A DNA stretch of 64,000 bases, taken from assembly GCA_951406725.2 (NCBI GenBank), contig OX597825.1, positions 38,812,001 to 38,876,000 of the forward strand. Direction: 5' to 3'. The DNA comes from Octopus vulgaris. Its lineage: Eukaryota. The stretch's first letter is position 1. Each line of letters starts with the position of its first letter. Of this stretch, positions 13,181 to 27,577 are shown piece by piece. The notes under the pieces are model-generated. The model saw only the letters and a program-made list of their open reading frames with translations. It was not told the origin of the DNA and searched no databases. The position numbers were made by a program, and so were the translations under genes.

Positions 13181-13712
13181 ATGGTAAAAATAATTGACTA
13201 GCAGTCTAGGAAAACACCAGAGGGTCTCAGTATAGCATACTCATAGTAAGACTTTGAGTATTCTACCAATTAATGCATGAGACTCTTCAAAATAAGTTTT
13301 TAAGTGAAACAAACCAAGCAAAACAGAAAACAAATGCGCTATAAGTACATGCTTACTAATTCATTGTATAAATATACTAGTGATTTTCAACCAAGGCATT
13401 CACTTGGGGGCCCATATAAAATTTTGTTGATTCAGTTTAACTGCAATAAATCGGTTATACTTCTATAATACACAAAGTATTTAAAGTTTTTCAGAGGTAG
13501 CTGTGTGGTAAGAAGATTGCTTCCCAACCACTTGGTTCCATATAAGCATGGGTGTATGTGTATAGGAGTGCACACGTGGATGTGCGTACATGAGTGTGTT
13601 TATGTGTATGCGTGCATGCGTGTGTCCATGTATATAGATATGTTTATGTATGCATAGATATGTATAACTTTATCTCCCTCTCTCACTATTTATTTATCTA
13701 TCTATGTATATA

Positions 13713-13786
<74 letters not shown>

Positions 13787-13900
13787 TGTACAGACAGACA
13801 GACTCGAACATACATACACACTCATATATGTGATTTATCTATATAGATTTATCTATATCTATACGAATATATATATATATATATATATATATGCATAATT

Positions 13901-14292
13901 GCAGGTGTGGCTGTGTGGGAAGAATTATTTTTTCCTACCAATTAGTTTCGGGTTTCAGTCCCACACCGTGACACCTTAGGCAAGTGTCTTCTACTATAGC
14001 GTCAGGCCGAGCAAAGCATTGTGAAACTGAAAGAAGTCCGTCGTGTATATATGTATACATATTCATGTGTATGTGTGTGCCCTTGTATCTGTGTTTGTCC
14101 CCACCCCACCATCGCTTAACAACCGACGTCGGTGTGTTTCCGTCCCTGAAATTAGCGGTTTGTCAAACAAATTCGATAGAGTAAGTACTAGGCTCAGAAA
14201 GAATAAATCCAGGAGTCGAATCTTTCGACTAAAGGCGGTGCTCCAGCATGTCCGCAGTCAAATGACTGAATCGTGTAAAAGATTAAAAGGGC
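13901..14292 (+). mobile_element. SINE family A, near full length
   Basis: Head, short internal microsatellite and tail (ggcggtgctccagcatg...aaatgactgaa) all present. Confidence 0.85.
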
Positions 14293-14332
14293 ATATATAT
14301 ATATAGACATACATGCATATGCATGTATATAC

Positions 14333-14417
<85 letters not shown>

Positions 14418-15448
14418 AATACATATATGTATGTACACTCACATACACATAAATAAAAATCTATGAATAACTACGTATGTACGCATATTTTCAAACAGAA
14501 GGAGATAGTTTGGCAGCGGCATAAAGAGGGTGGGAGAAGTTCGTGTGCTTGTGTCTCTGTGTGTGCGTTGCAGTAATTATCGCCTGTCTTAAGTGGACAG
14601 AAAGATAAAACAGATGAAGTATAATAGGAAAAGAAACGGTACACATAGAAAAAGAAAGTTAAGTGTGTAGCGTGTGAGCGTGTATGACTGCGTGGGTGTG
14701 GTGATAAGGGATAGAGAGAGCGAGGAAGAGAGACAAAAACAAGGACAAAGAAGAAGGTTACCTACTATCTTGTTAGACCAGAAGAATTCTCTGGCAGATG
14801 TGTGTACATGATTAGCTGAGGTATTGACAAACTGCTTCTTATACATACAACCTATCCTTTCCCACACACGCAATGATCACACAGTTTCATACAGATACAC
14901 GCATCTCTACACACAAATGCTTAAAGAGAGAGACAATCACGCGCACACTTGATACATAGAACTACAAAGGAAAATGAAAGTAAATAGGGAAAATGAATTG
15001 CAATAAATTGGTCTGTGTGTGTGTTTGCGTGTGTGTGTATCTGTGTGTGTGTATTACACCCACATGTTAAAATGTACGCGATAGAATAAATGAGGGAAGA
15101 AGAAAGTCAAGTGGTTATATAGTGTATGAATTCACAATGACAAGTGTTTATTTGACAGACACTGGAATGTGTTGGAAATTAGCTGTGACAGTTTGTCGTA
15201 GTACTATCGTTAAATCAATGCCATCTTACTGACTACTCATCCCTCCGATTATAACTAAGGAGACCCGAAGTAACAGCGTAGTCTGTACACATAGGCGTCG
15301 ATGTGTTCATCACTTTTGATGTGACTGAAGTAGAGTGACATCAAAAATGACGTATAGTTGCTGTTGTTTATCTATATGCGGGTCCGGAAAGAGAAGACAA
15401 GTGATTAAAAAAAAACAACTTTTTAAATGAACCAGAGTATATCTAGGG

Positions 15449-16129
15449 CAGTGGCAGCCCCTGTATAGGCAATGCGGAATTGCAGCACTACCTATTTCTA
15501 CTCGATATTATCGATGACATTCAATACAATGAGTAATTTGCCTCTTTATTCTTTCTTTATACTGGTATATTATATAATCCTTAATCTTAATGTCAGTAGC
15601 CATCCCGTAGTTTATAAAAAAAAGATACAAAATTCCTTGTATAGAGCTGTGCACTTCACAGTTTAAGCGACGCGGTGTTTGGCTGGTGTACGCATGCTCA
15701 CATGTTCGAGATAGGAAGCTTTACACTAGGGAGAGAGAGAGCACTGCGTGAACGACGTTGTAGATTCTAGTGTTCCCCTGAAAGGTTGTCTTTCTTTCTG
15801 ACTCCGCGTGTGTTGTACATAAAAACGTGTTTATATTTTTGAATATGTTAAAGTGTAGAATTAGATTATGAATCCTGCTTCCTGTTTCAGTGTTGCTGCT
15901 AGGATTTGAAAGATAGGGCACATTCCGCCCCCACTAATTTGTGATTTAGAGGAGATTTTTAAAAAAGAAGGGGGAATTCTCGGCCTAGTTGAGTGAACAA
16001 ATTAAACAAACTACCCGGCAATAGCTAAAACGTATAATTTTTTCTTTTTATATCTTTGTTTCCTTTTACACGGCTAAAAATTTTCTGAAGTAGCATCCCC
16101 ACCTTAGTTTTATCTACGAGCCGCCACTG
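15449..16129. mobile_element. hAT-type MITE/non-autonomous DNA transposon
   Basis: Terminal inverted repeats CAGTGGCAGCCC / rc CAGTGGCGGCTC; flanking 8-mers atctaggg and acctacgg match 6/8, consistent with a decayed 8-bp TSD typical of hAT. Confidence 0.7.
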
Positions 16130-16469
16130 ACCTACGGGTACAAGTATCAATGTATCATTTTAATTATTAGAAGAGCGTATCGTGTTTCATGCGATAATAA
16201 TGTGGCAGAACGGTCGTGCGGAATGCCGCTCTTTACATTTACATGAAAATACTACTAAAAGATGTAAATATTCTATTCGAGGGAATTTTAAAATTTCCTT
16301 ATCATTTAGCCCTAAGAAATCTTCTGTCAAGTGCATCTGGGTCTACAGATGTTACAGTGATGACTGTTGTGGTTTCTAAATATCCATAGCTGCGTAGTGC
16401 GATAATAAGTCAAAGGTAACAATTAAGGTCAATATTGATTTCAAATCAATACTACTGACTTTCGAATTT

Positions 16470-16672
16470 TTGATCAAGATCAGCAAGTTCAGGGAGGGAA
16501 CTGAGTCGATTACTTCGATCCCAGTGCTGAACTGGTACTTATTTTACCAACCCCGAAAGAATAAGAGGCAAAGTCGACCTCGGCGAAATTTCAGCACAGA
16601 ATATAAAGACGAAGGAAATGCCGCTGAGCCTTTTGCACGTTAAGGTGACAATTCTGCCTAATCCGCCGTCTT
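16470..16672 (-). mobile_element. SINE family B
   Basis: ctggtacttattttaccaaccccgaaag...ggcaaagtcgacctcggcgaaattt...ccgccgtctt = reverse complement of family B. Confidence 0.8.
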
Positions 16673-17228
16673 ATTTAGAGATGGTATTAGCAACAGGATG
16701 ACCGAGATAGAGACAACATATGTTCATTGCTATGTGCTTGTGCACTCTTCCGTCTATGTTCCCTTGTGTTCAGTTTCAATCATTCTGATAGTACATTTTA
16801 AAACCGCATGTCTTCATTTACTAGGTAGAATCATATAAACGGTTATATAAATGTGAGATTCCATGTATTAGTGTAAATATAAGCATATATATAGATGTGC
16901 GTGTGTGTGTATGCATGCATACATATATACATATATACACATACATAATAATATACATGTGTACTTAGTATATATTTATGTGTGTGTGTGCGCGCGTGCG
17001 CCTGTGTGTGTAGAAGGTTGAAAAGGAACACATGAGATGATATGAATAAAGAAATTAAGACAAGGTAGAAAATGCTAAAATAACTTTATCATGAAGAAAA
17101 TTTTAGTACCGATTTCAGTCTTTGCGACATTTTCAACTTAGGGCAAAGCATGACAAAGAATTAAATTGTTGAAAAATGAAAGAAAATGTTTTTTAAAAAT
17201 ATTTCCCTAGTTTTCAAATTCAAGGGCG

Positions 17229-17282
<54 letters not shown>

Positions 17283-17346
17283 CATACATACATACATACA
17301 TACATACATACATACATACATACATACATACATACATACATACACT

Positions 17347-17377
<31 letters not shown>

Positions 17378-17661
17378 GTATAGCAGATGAAATCCAGAGA
17401 ATCTTGGTATAGAAAATACTTATTACCACTCAAATGATTCGAACAGAAGTTCTGTTTCTTTACTAAAGGCCAATTCTGCGCGGCAAAGAATGACTACATG
17501 AAGAATGAAAGTGAGCCAAAACGGACGAAATTATATAGCAAAGTAGAACAAATTTAACAGTTTGGGTTTGATATACTATCAGATACTCTGTTGAATAGGC
17601 TAAGGTTATAGCTGAAACAGAACGTTCAGTATAGGAAATTATGGAATCGATGAGTATATTC

Positions 17662-17830
17662 TTTTCTTCTTTTATTTGTTTCGGACACTTGGCTGCGGCC
17701 ATGCTTGAGAACCGCCTTTAATCGAACAAGAAGACCCCAGGTCTTATTCTTTATACGTCTAGTACTCATTCTATCGGTTTTTGGCCGAACTGATAAGTTA
17801 CTGCGATGCAAACACACAAACATCCGTAAT
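17662..17830 (-). mobile_element. SINE family A 3' half
   Basis: Reverse complement of the family A tail. Confidence 0.75.
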
Positions 17831-17954
17831 GAAGCGAACACATAAACATATACATATACATATATATATATATACATATACTATTATATACATAGATACA
17901 CATACATATATATATATGTGTGCGTGTGTGTGAGTGTGTGTGAGTATGTGTGTG

Positions 17955-17987
<33 letters not shown>

Positions 17988-18004
17988 ATGTGTGTATGTT
18001 TGTG

Positions 18005-18128
18005 TGTCTGTGTTTTACCTACCCCCAAATCGCTTGAACACGGATTCCGGGTATCGATTTCTTTGATTTAAGGCGGTGCTCCATCATTGCCGCAGTCAAA
18101 TAACTGAAACAAGTAAAAGAATAACGGA

Positions 18129-18186
<58 letters not shown>

Positions 18187-18575
18187 TTGTGTGTATGTGT
18201 GTGTGTTTGTGTGTGTGTGTGTATGTGTGTATGTTTGTGTGTCTGTGTTTTACCTACCCCCAAATCGCTTGAACACGGATTCCGGGTATCGATTTCTTTG
18301 ATTTAAGGCGGTGCTCCATCATTGCCGCAGTCAAATAACTGAAACAAGTAAAAGAATAACGGAATATATATATATATGTGTGTGTGTGTGAGTGTGTTTG
18401 TGTGTGTGTTTTTGTGTGTGTGTGTGTGTGTAACTTAGCGGATCAGCAAAGGAGACCGATAGAATAAGTACTGGGCATACAAAGAATAGGTCCTGGGATC
18501 GATTTGTTCGACTGTATGTGGTTCTCCAGCATGGTTACAGTCAAATAACTGAAAGAAGTAAAACATAAAAGAAAG
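18005..18575 (+). mobile_element. Three SINE family A 3' fragments separated by microsatellites; first two are a local tandem duplication
   Basis: 18005-18130 and 18241-18367 are essentially identical and share the same internal deletion; third fragment 18430-18575. Confidence 0.8.
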
Positions 18576-19060
18576 ACTACATAGATACATACATGCATAC
18601 ATCATTATATGTGGAGCAAATGGCGTGGGCTTAATGTATTTCGCCATTCAATTATAAAACGACGCCCGAGAGGGAGAAAATTGAGGAGTAAAAGTGAGTG
18701 ATAGCAACCGAATCAATAAAGTCATCGCACGCCCAAAATTGTAGTTGGATTTTAAGAATTGAGAATAAAATTTCACAGCAATGAAAACAAATTTCTCAGT
18801 ATTGCTTTGTAGTAATTACTTTTAGCAAATTAGTGCTTCAGTTTTATGGAGTCCTAGTGAAGTGTAGATAATATGAATGGCTATTGAAATACATAAGTAA
18901 ATTCTATATGTATAAAAATTAAAAACATGAAAGGCTTGACGTTAATTTCAGGAGTCTCTGACTAATTGTCAGATTCACAAGCGTGATATGCGCAAAAAAA
19001 TCTAAGCTCTAGAGTATCTTTTAAGTTTCTGCCTATTAAAAATAAAACTAAAAAAGAATT

Positions 19061-19240
<180 letters not shown>

Positions 19241-19499
19241 ATCTGTTTGTCTATCTACCAACACACACATACATACCTATGCATATATATATGAGCTTGG
19301 ATGGATATTATCCGTGGTAGCACCGTTAAGTTCCAGATTACGGCTAACAGCAACGATTGGTATTTAACGGCTGTGACTAGTAGAAGTTGACACTCACGCT
19401 GAAATTTCCCCCGATAGCTAATTCCAGATTTGCTTCTCTGGATGGGAACATTATTTGTAGTGTAGATTTGCAATAATTATAACGATAGAGAATATGGAG

Positions 19500-20250
19500 A
19501 TCGGTGTGTAGGCAAATCAAAAATTAGAAAATTAAACAAGAAATCTAACAAAAAGCAAAACTAACAAAAAATCGAAGGGACATACACGTTGAATGTATTA
19601 CACTGACGCTAAGAAAAAGTTTAAGGTGGAACAAACGGGGTGGGTGAGCGTATCGAGTATTGCTCGTCGCCAGAAAGAGGTAAGGGGGAAAAAACTATCT
19701 AGAGAGAAGGGAAAGTATTATTCGAGAAAAGCACGCGTATCGTTACATGGAGCGAGCAGTCATTGGGGGTAGAAGAGGGTAAAATGGCCGGTGTGTTTGT
19801 GTGTTTCTGTTCGTGTGTTTCTGTTTATGTGCAGGATGTGCGTGTGAAGTAGTCAAGCGAACAGGTAAGTGTCATTAGTAAGATTTAGTGGTGGACGGAT
19901 GTGTGGTCGAAAACCTTGGTTACCTATGTGTTGTGAATGTAAAATGTAATTCAAACTAAAAGATGAAAAATGAATAATAAGGGAGGTCGTATTGGTAATG
20001 AACGGACAACAGTGATAATGGTGCCTGGAGCAAAGAAAGGACACAAGAAGGGTAGGAGAAAGGGAGGACAGAAAACCTACGGAAATGTAAGTCGCATAGG
20101 TCACGGGAGCATTTGGAGGAAGTAAGAGGTGGGTTGAGTAAAAGAGGGAGGGCGGTACGACCACATTGAAGACGATAGAAGGCCCATGTGTGATGTAAAA
20201 CAGAATACAAAGCATGAGTATATATAGTTTTATTAATATGCAGTAGAAAC
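19500..20250 (-). mobile_element. Penelope-like element 3' relic: GIY-YIG endonuclease remnant plus terminal repeat with hammerhead-like motif (19603-19677)
   Basis: ORF 19853..20302 contains CCPFITNTTSL...HIGNQGFRPHIR, resembling TCPYITNTT...YIGQTG..RF.EH.R; downstream minus strand reads tttCTGGCGAcgagcaatactcGATACG...CGTCag. Confidence 0.55.
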
Positions 20251-20381
20251 AGCAGTGACCGAAAAGCAGAGAGTTTCCCTCATTGTCACTTATACGGACC
20301 AACGCACGAAATTCTCGGCCCCTGCATCATTCCGTTGATTCTGATAAATATATATAACTATATACATACATGCATACATAC

Positions 20382-20416
<35 letters not shown>

Positions 20417-20499
20417 TGTATGTATGTATGTATGTATGTATGTATGTATGTATATATGTATATATACATATGTATATATGTATATGTATATATATATAC

Positions 20500-20563
<64 letters not shown>

Positions 20564-20797
20564 CTTACAGAGAAAAATTACCGGTGATCGGCTCACTCCC
20601 ATTCAGGTAATCGAATTATATTTTCTTAGTTGTTATAGGGGATTTCTTAAAATAGGTGTCAACGTCCAATTAGTACAAATAATTTTCTACCTGTAGTTTA
20701 TATTCGCCTAAATACTCGACGCACCGTCCAATCCAATGCATTTGAAGTATTCTGAAGCGACCCGACTAATAAATTATTGACCCGGCACATGATTATT

Positions 20798-20858
<61 letters not shown>

Positions 20859-21980
20859 CTTTGTTTTGTTTTGCTTCATCTTTTAAGCGTTTCATTGTTC
20901 CTCAAAAAAATTTGCGTATGCGAAAACCACTGGGGAAATAGTTTTTCGGTTACTATGGGTCAAATGTAGAAGAAAAAATATGTTTTATGTCTTTAGGCCG
21001 CAAATTCCGAAGTTTCAAGATCATATTTTGCTAATCATATCCAATCTATTTTTGACATAGAAGCTGAAGAAAAGAGGAATATATATACTCTTTTGAAAAA
21101 TACAATGATCTTTGAATGTCTATTTATGTGTTATATCTCTGTTTCATATTCTCTGATGTTATTCGTGAAAGTAAATTTTCACATGATGTGGCAGAACGCG
21201 TTTCGTTGCGGGAAACCTAGTCAGTTAATGAATATTGCGCTTTGATGATCAAAACATGCCTTTTATTTATAAGGAAAATGTTATTAAAATTCATGTTATA
21301 CATGGAGCCTAATGAAGGAAAGATCCATCAACAAACCCATATCGATTTATTCTCTCGAAGACCTTGCTAACATCATGAATTTAAAATCCTAAAGCCATGA
21401 TTTTGGGATTTAGAAATTTACCCTATTATGAAAAGACTTTTCGTGATAGCATAACACTTAAATGACATCTGAGGTCAGTGAGATTGAATAGAATTCTAGA
21501 AAAAAAGTGATGCAGCATTGTTAATTCGAATGCAAGATTGCGATAGACAATGGTTAAAAGTTGTGTATAAGAATAATCTCAAGAGTTCAACTGAAGTAAA
21601 TGCAAGTTCGAGCGAATCTGATATGGGCTTTATGTTCATCCCTGTTTAATTTCATTAATTGCTCTGCACCAAAAATTATGTCAGCGTCATACTTTAGCGG
21701 TTGTTTCCATTAATACTCTATTACAAAGTATCTGAGTCATCAAGGAAAATCACCATTGTTTACTTCATTCGCATCATCTTGCAAGATGCGTTTTTATCAA
21801 TCAGAGAAACGTTGAGTAGAACAGCAGCCCTAAATTTACTGATAAATTAAATGAACACACTTGAAAGTTGATGATATTCATGCTCCATTGAAGAATATCT
21901 ACACACACACATACACACACGCCGGCGCGCGCGAACACAAAATATATACACACTCATACACCTATACGTATATAAATATA

Positions 21981-22049
<69 letters not shown>

Positions 22050-22083
22050 GTACATATAAATATGCGTATATGTGCGTGTGTTT

Positions 22084-22140
<57 letters not shown>

Positions 22141-22224
22141 AATGTATATATATATATATATATGATCATATCTTTATATACGTATGTGCATGTATGAGTA
22201 AATATTTATATATATATATATATA

Positions 22225-22298
<74 letters not shown>

Positions 22299-23497
22299 AG
22301 TGAGTGTGTGTGTGTAAGTGTATATACATATGAGTGTGTGCGCGTGTAAGTGTGTAACCAAAATTGTTTTGATCAAATAATAGACTAACGTTAGGTTCAG
22401 GGCAATTTATTATTTCTACACTGCATCAGTTGTCTTAGCTTTGGGAATAAATGTTTGTGAAAGAAGTAAATAAGGCTGATAACCCATTAAAACTAAACTA
22501 TGGTCACAAAAGGTCAAGCAATTATCTATTTTCATCTATCTCTCTTTTCTGTATCGATATATCTTTCCGCTTGTATTCCTATCGATATCTGTACCTAGGA
22601 ATAGATGTTTTTCAGATATAAATATTAAGCTAGATTGACCCCAAATATAAATTACGCTAATATTGATAGAGTATGTTACTATTTTGATATAAACTGATGA
22701 TAATGCGTTGCAAACATATAGGAAGTATGAAGCATAGATTTTACAGTCCATAGTGGTTCTACATATATAACAGAAATAGTATGTACTACTATATGCATTA
22801 CCCCACTCGCTTACCATATATGTATTATCTTCCTAGAAATACACATACTATATATTATGCTCTATTCCTCGCTCACAAAATACTAACCATCAGGAATCCC
22901 CTTACAATGGATTCCTCCCTCTCTCTCTCACTCCTCCCTCAATCCCTTTCTCTCCCCATCAATTTCTCTCTGTCTCATTATTTTCTGTCTACAATCAAGA
23001 TATTTCCAACTAAACCTCAGTATCATTATACAAGCAACCTCAAAACTTTCTGCACAGGTCTTAGTTCCTCAATCGTTAGAGTACTCTACGGAATAGAATT
23101 ACAGTTTTCTGTTACATAATAACTGTTGTTAGAGAGAGTAATGTCGATCTATTTCTGCTGAGGGTGTTTTATTCCATTCTTTCCTCATTGAAGTGTGATG
23201 GTGAAACGTTCTATATACGACATGATCCTCTGCAGTTCTTAGTACGTGGCAACCAGTTTTTAATTTTCCAATATAACTTATGGCTATTATGTGTAGTGGA
23301 AGTTGATTCGCTCGAATTTAACAAAATAGTTCCCCTTCATATATAGTCTTGTTCCCTTGTACACCACTGGATAGGAAAGTAAGAGACAAGATTCAATTCA
23401 CAAAGCTTAAAAGGTTTGAGAAATAATCGAACTGCGCATCAATATTAAACATTCACACACACACACGCACAAATACAGATACAAACACACTCATATA

Positions 23498-23533
<36 letters not shown>

Positions 23534-23539
23534 TTTATG

Positions 23540-23990
23540 TAATCGCACAAATGCTTTCCTTGGGCATTTTTTTCCTTTCTCTCAGGAACTTACCTCTCTC
23601 CAGGTTCTGATTAAGAGACATGCTCGAATCGTCAGCCCCACCCTTTTCCCCATCTTATTCTGAGCGTCAAACAAATATATTACATGTGTACAACCTTTTG
23701 ACTTTTGTTGTTTTGCTATTTTTATTTCCACTTATCGAAGCTATCTGCCATGTGCATCTTTAACAAGAATAACCGTAGTTATGGTTAATCTTAGTCATTC
23801 GTGTTATATATGTATACCTATGCATGTGTGTTGCGAGGTCAAATCGAATATGGTCGTACCGCCCTCCTTCTTTCACACAACCCACCTCTTACTTCCTTCA
23901 AATGCACCCGCGACCTATGCGACTTACTGTTCCGTAGCTTTCTCCCCTCCCCTTTTCCCAACCTTCTTGGATCCTTTATATAAAATTTGT
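23540..23990 (+). mobile_element. Penelope-like fragment: hammerhead-like motif (23603-23672) plus segment homologous to 20045-20170
   Basis: ggttCTGATTAagagacatgctcGAATCG...CGTCaaac; 23850-23960 (ggtcgtaccgccctcc...gacctatgcgacttac) is the inverted homolog of 20045-20170. Confidence 0.6.
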
Positions 23991-24169
23991 GTGCATTAAA
24001 CAGCAGGGAATTCTGTGCGAGATAGAGAAATTACTACTATCATATAGTGGTATTGAAGAGTGTCAGGAGCGCACATATATCCATAATTCATAAAAGTGCA
24101 TTCTAAATCAATTATACTTTGTTATAATGAGCATAACGCAGGCTCGGGTCTGTGATAGAGAAGTTTGTT

Positions 24170-24371
24170 TTTGAAAATCACATAGTCTTGGCCCTACTAC
24201 TCGACATTATAGGCTAAGGAACTCTATACCTCTGCAGCGATCAGAGAATTCTCATGTGAGGACTAGTTTGAAAATCACATGGTCTTGGCTTCTGTCCTTA
24301 CTACTCGACGTTATAGGCTAAGGAACTCTATAGCCCTGCAGCGATCAGAGAATTCTCATGTGAGAACTAGT
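24170..24371 (+). repeat. Tandem duplication of ~100 bp inside a degenerate SINE A head
   Basis: tttgaaaatcacat...ttataggctaaggaactctata...cagcgatcagagaattctcatgtgag.actag occurs twice back to back. Confidence 0.85.
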
Positions 24372-24613
24372 ATACTTGAAGCACCCTGTCCGATATACAT
24401 ATATATATGCATGTGTATGTGTGTGCGTGTGCGCGTGTATATATCAGTGTGCATGTCTTTATGATGTATGTGAACCGACTACAACTTCACAACCAGTCGC
24501 CTGCTGCTGCAATAATCTTGCATGGGCATTTCTTTTATTTTGCATAGGTAATGGTCTCCAATTCTTAGTGGACAGCTATAATATATATATGCATATATAT
24601 CTAAATATCTATC

Positions 24614-24617
<4 letters not shown>

Positions 24618-24711
<94 letters not shown>

Positions 24712-24738
24712 TTAGTAATAATAATAATAATAATAATA

Positions 24739-24778
<40 letters not shown>

Positions 24779-24785
24779 TAATAAA
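24618..24785. repeat. (AAT)n microsatellite
   Basis: Directly visible. Confidence 0.95.
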
Positions 24786-24857
24786 AATAAAACAAAGTGA
24801 GAAAAGAATGAGACCTTGATATTAGATAAATAGAGTAATATTTATAAATAGAGTAAA

Positions 24858-25370
24858 ATCTGAAATGCGAAAAGTTTGTTCGTCTGGTTTTGGTATTGGA
24901 ACGGGTTAAAGGCCACTAGATTCCGTCGGATTGACTCCAAAATTTACAGCAAAATGAGGTGAGAATGTCAATGGGCTAACTTAGAAATCCCTATCTTTAA
25001 AAGGTGTGGTTACTAGGGCAAAAAACGCACACTTTGACAAGTCATCTCTCATTCTCTTATCTGCCTGTCTTCCTCCATATTTCTCTCTCTTTCCACCTTT
25101 CCTTTCACATTTTCTCTATAATGACGTTTGACAAGTTCTACTATCTTTCCCCCACCGCATTCACTCTTTCTTCCACATCCCCTCTCTCTCTCTCTACGTC
25201 TGTCTGCATTCATAAAGAGAATTATTATTGCCACCACCACCACCACACAATCATTAGAACAAATATTATGAATCAGATATTTATTGGGTTAATTTATATA
25301 TGTGTGTGAGTGTTCTATATATAAAAATGTATATATAATGTATATATACAAAGTGTATATATCTGTATAT

Positions 25371-25422
<52 letters not shown>

Positions 25423-25546
25423 ATTTATATATATATATATATATATATATAATTTGTATACATTTGTATATATAAAGCGTACACACGCACACACACATAT
25501 ATATATATATATGAAATGCGTATATATGAACATATATATATTTAAT

Positions 25547-25584
<38 letters not shown>

Positions 25585-26303
25585 AATGTGTGCATTATGT
25601 GGTCGGTTGAGCTGAAAATATGCACACCTATGTTAAAAGTGCCGGCGAATTTGCATGGCAACTATTTTTTATCAAATGAAGCCCTCTAGGACAAAATTCC
25701 TCATCTTATAAAATGTGGTCCGATTAGACCCGAATGAAATCGGGTTATATTAACCAAAATGTGAGAAGGGGTCTAAATGGGGCTGGAACGGGATTAAAAT
25801 TTAAAGGAGCAGGTGTTTAGGAGTTCCCTGTTACATTAAGCTAAAAAATTTGCGCCACCCTTTAAATCTTCAATGTGTTGGCGTCCATGACGAAGACGTT
25901 TTGAATGCTTGCCATGGTGAGTCTACTGTCATGAGAAAGAATCACTTCAAAACTTGGTGTTTAGGAATTTTCTTTACATCAAGTTCAAAATTTTACGCTA
26001 GTCCTTAAAGTACCACTACATTGCTGTCCTTCGTTAAGAAATGCCAGCCATGGTGACTCTATTATCTTCAGATTCTATCCCTTCAAACTTTGGTTTCCAA
26101 TATTTAAAAAATATTTTATTCAGCTCGCAAGTTCGTCTTTCCCATTTAAATGTTAGTGTTTTGCTGTCTGCCTTGAAGCAGACCTTTCCGCTACCACTGC
26201 CTGAAATTTATGATTGATCTTTCAAAATATTTTCTTTCTTAACTTACTCAAGAACTTTTGTTGTTTATATATGGGAAAGAGATAGCGGGTCACCTGAAGC
26301 TAG
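24858..26303 (+). mobile_element. Non-autonomous Helitron family 2, copy 1 (5' end eroded)
   Basis: 5' part matches 26318 onward (tctgaaatgcgaaaagtttgtt); ends gcgggtcacctgaagCTAG at 26300-26303. Confidence 0.75.
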
Positions 26304-27546
26304 TCTCTATATTATAATTCTGAAATGCGAAAAGTTTGTTTGTTTGTCTGGTTTTGGCATTGAGAACGGGTTAAAAGCCCCTAGATCCCGTCGGATTGAC
26401 ATCGAAATTTACAGGGACATGTAAAATGAGGTGAGGATGCGAGTGGGCTATGTTAGAAGTCCCCATCTTAAAAGGTATTGTTGCTAGGGCCAAAAACGCA
26501 CTTTGACAAGTATACTCTCATTTTTTTATGTATCTGTCTTCCTCCATCACTCAATCTCTTTCCTCCCTTCCTTTCACAATCTCTCTATATATAACGACGT
26601 TTCACAACGTCTACCCCATCCCCTTCACTTTTTCTTTATAACGTCGTTTCACAGCGGCCTATATCTCTCCCCTCCCCGCCTTCGACAGCGCTTTCACATA
26701 CTCTCTCTCTCTACGTCTGTCTGCATTCATAGAGAGAATTATCATCGCCACCACAACCACACAATCACGAGGACAAATTTTATGAATCATATGTTTATTG
26801 GGTTAATTTATATATATATATGTGTGTGTGTGTTCTATATATAAATATGTATATGTAATGTATATATACAAAGTGTATATATCTGTATTTATATATATTA
26901 AACTTTTTAATACTTTTTGAGTGTTATATATATATTTTTAAAAAATATAAATACAAATTAATAAGGTGAAGATATCAGTGGGCTAGGTTACAAATCCCTA
27001 TCTCAAAAGGTGTGGTTACTAGGGCAAAAAACGCACACTTTGACAAGTTTCTTCTCATTCTCTTATCTGCCATTCTTCCTCCTTCTCTCTCTCTTTCCTC
27101 CCTTCCTTTCACTTCCTCTCTATAACTGCATTTGACAGTGTATACTATCTTTCCCCACCACCTTCGCCAACGCTGTCACTCTTTCTTTCACCCCCCTCTC
27201 TCTCTATGTCTCTGTACGTCTGTGTGCATTCATAGAGAGTTTTATTATCGCCACCACCACGACCACCACACAATCATGGGAACAAATATTATGAATCAGA
27301 TATTTATTGGGATAATTTATGTGTGTGTGTATCTTAAATCCTTAAATCCTTAAAAATGTTTTAGCCCGAAGGCCGCGACCATTATATATGTATATATAAT
27401 GTATATATACAAAATGTATATATCTGTATATATATATATATATATATTTCTAATTTGTATACATTTGTATATATATTTTGCGTACTCACACACACACATA
27501 CATAGATATAATGCGTATATATGTACATATATATATATTTAATGCG

Positions 27547-27577
<31 letters not shown>

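Noticed and set aside
13379-13490. tagtgattttcaacc as a hAT-Charlie-like TIR
   Set aside because: No matching second TIR or TSD found; interrupted by a SINE fragment.
14560-14800. Minus-strand HPRSHTRSH as a Penelope zinc-knuckle remnant
   Set aside because: Single weak motif in low-complexity sequence; insufficient support.
20860-21850. 1-kb unique-looking stretch considered as exon or DNA-transposon relic
   Set aside because: No ORF, recognisable motif, TIR pair or convincing splice signals by eye; left unannotated.
24170-24371. Direct repeats considered as a CRISPR-like array
   Set aside because: Only two adjacent ~100-bp units, no unique spacers, no cas genes, eukaryotic context.
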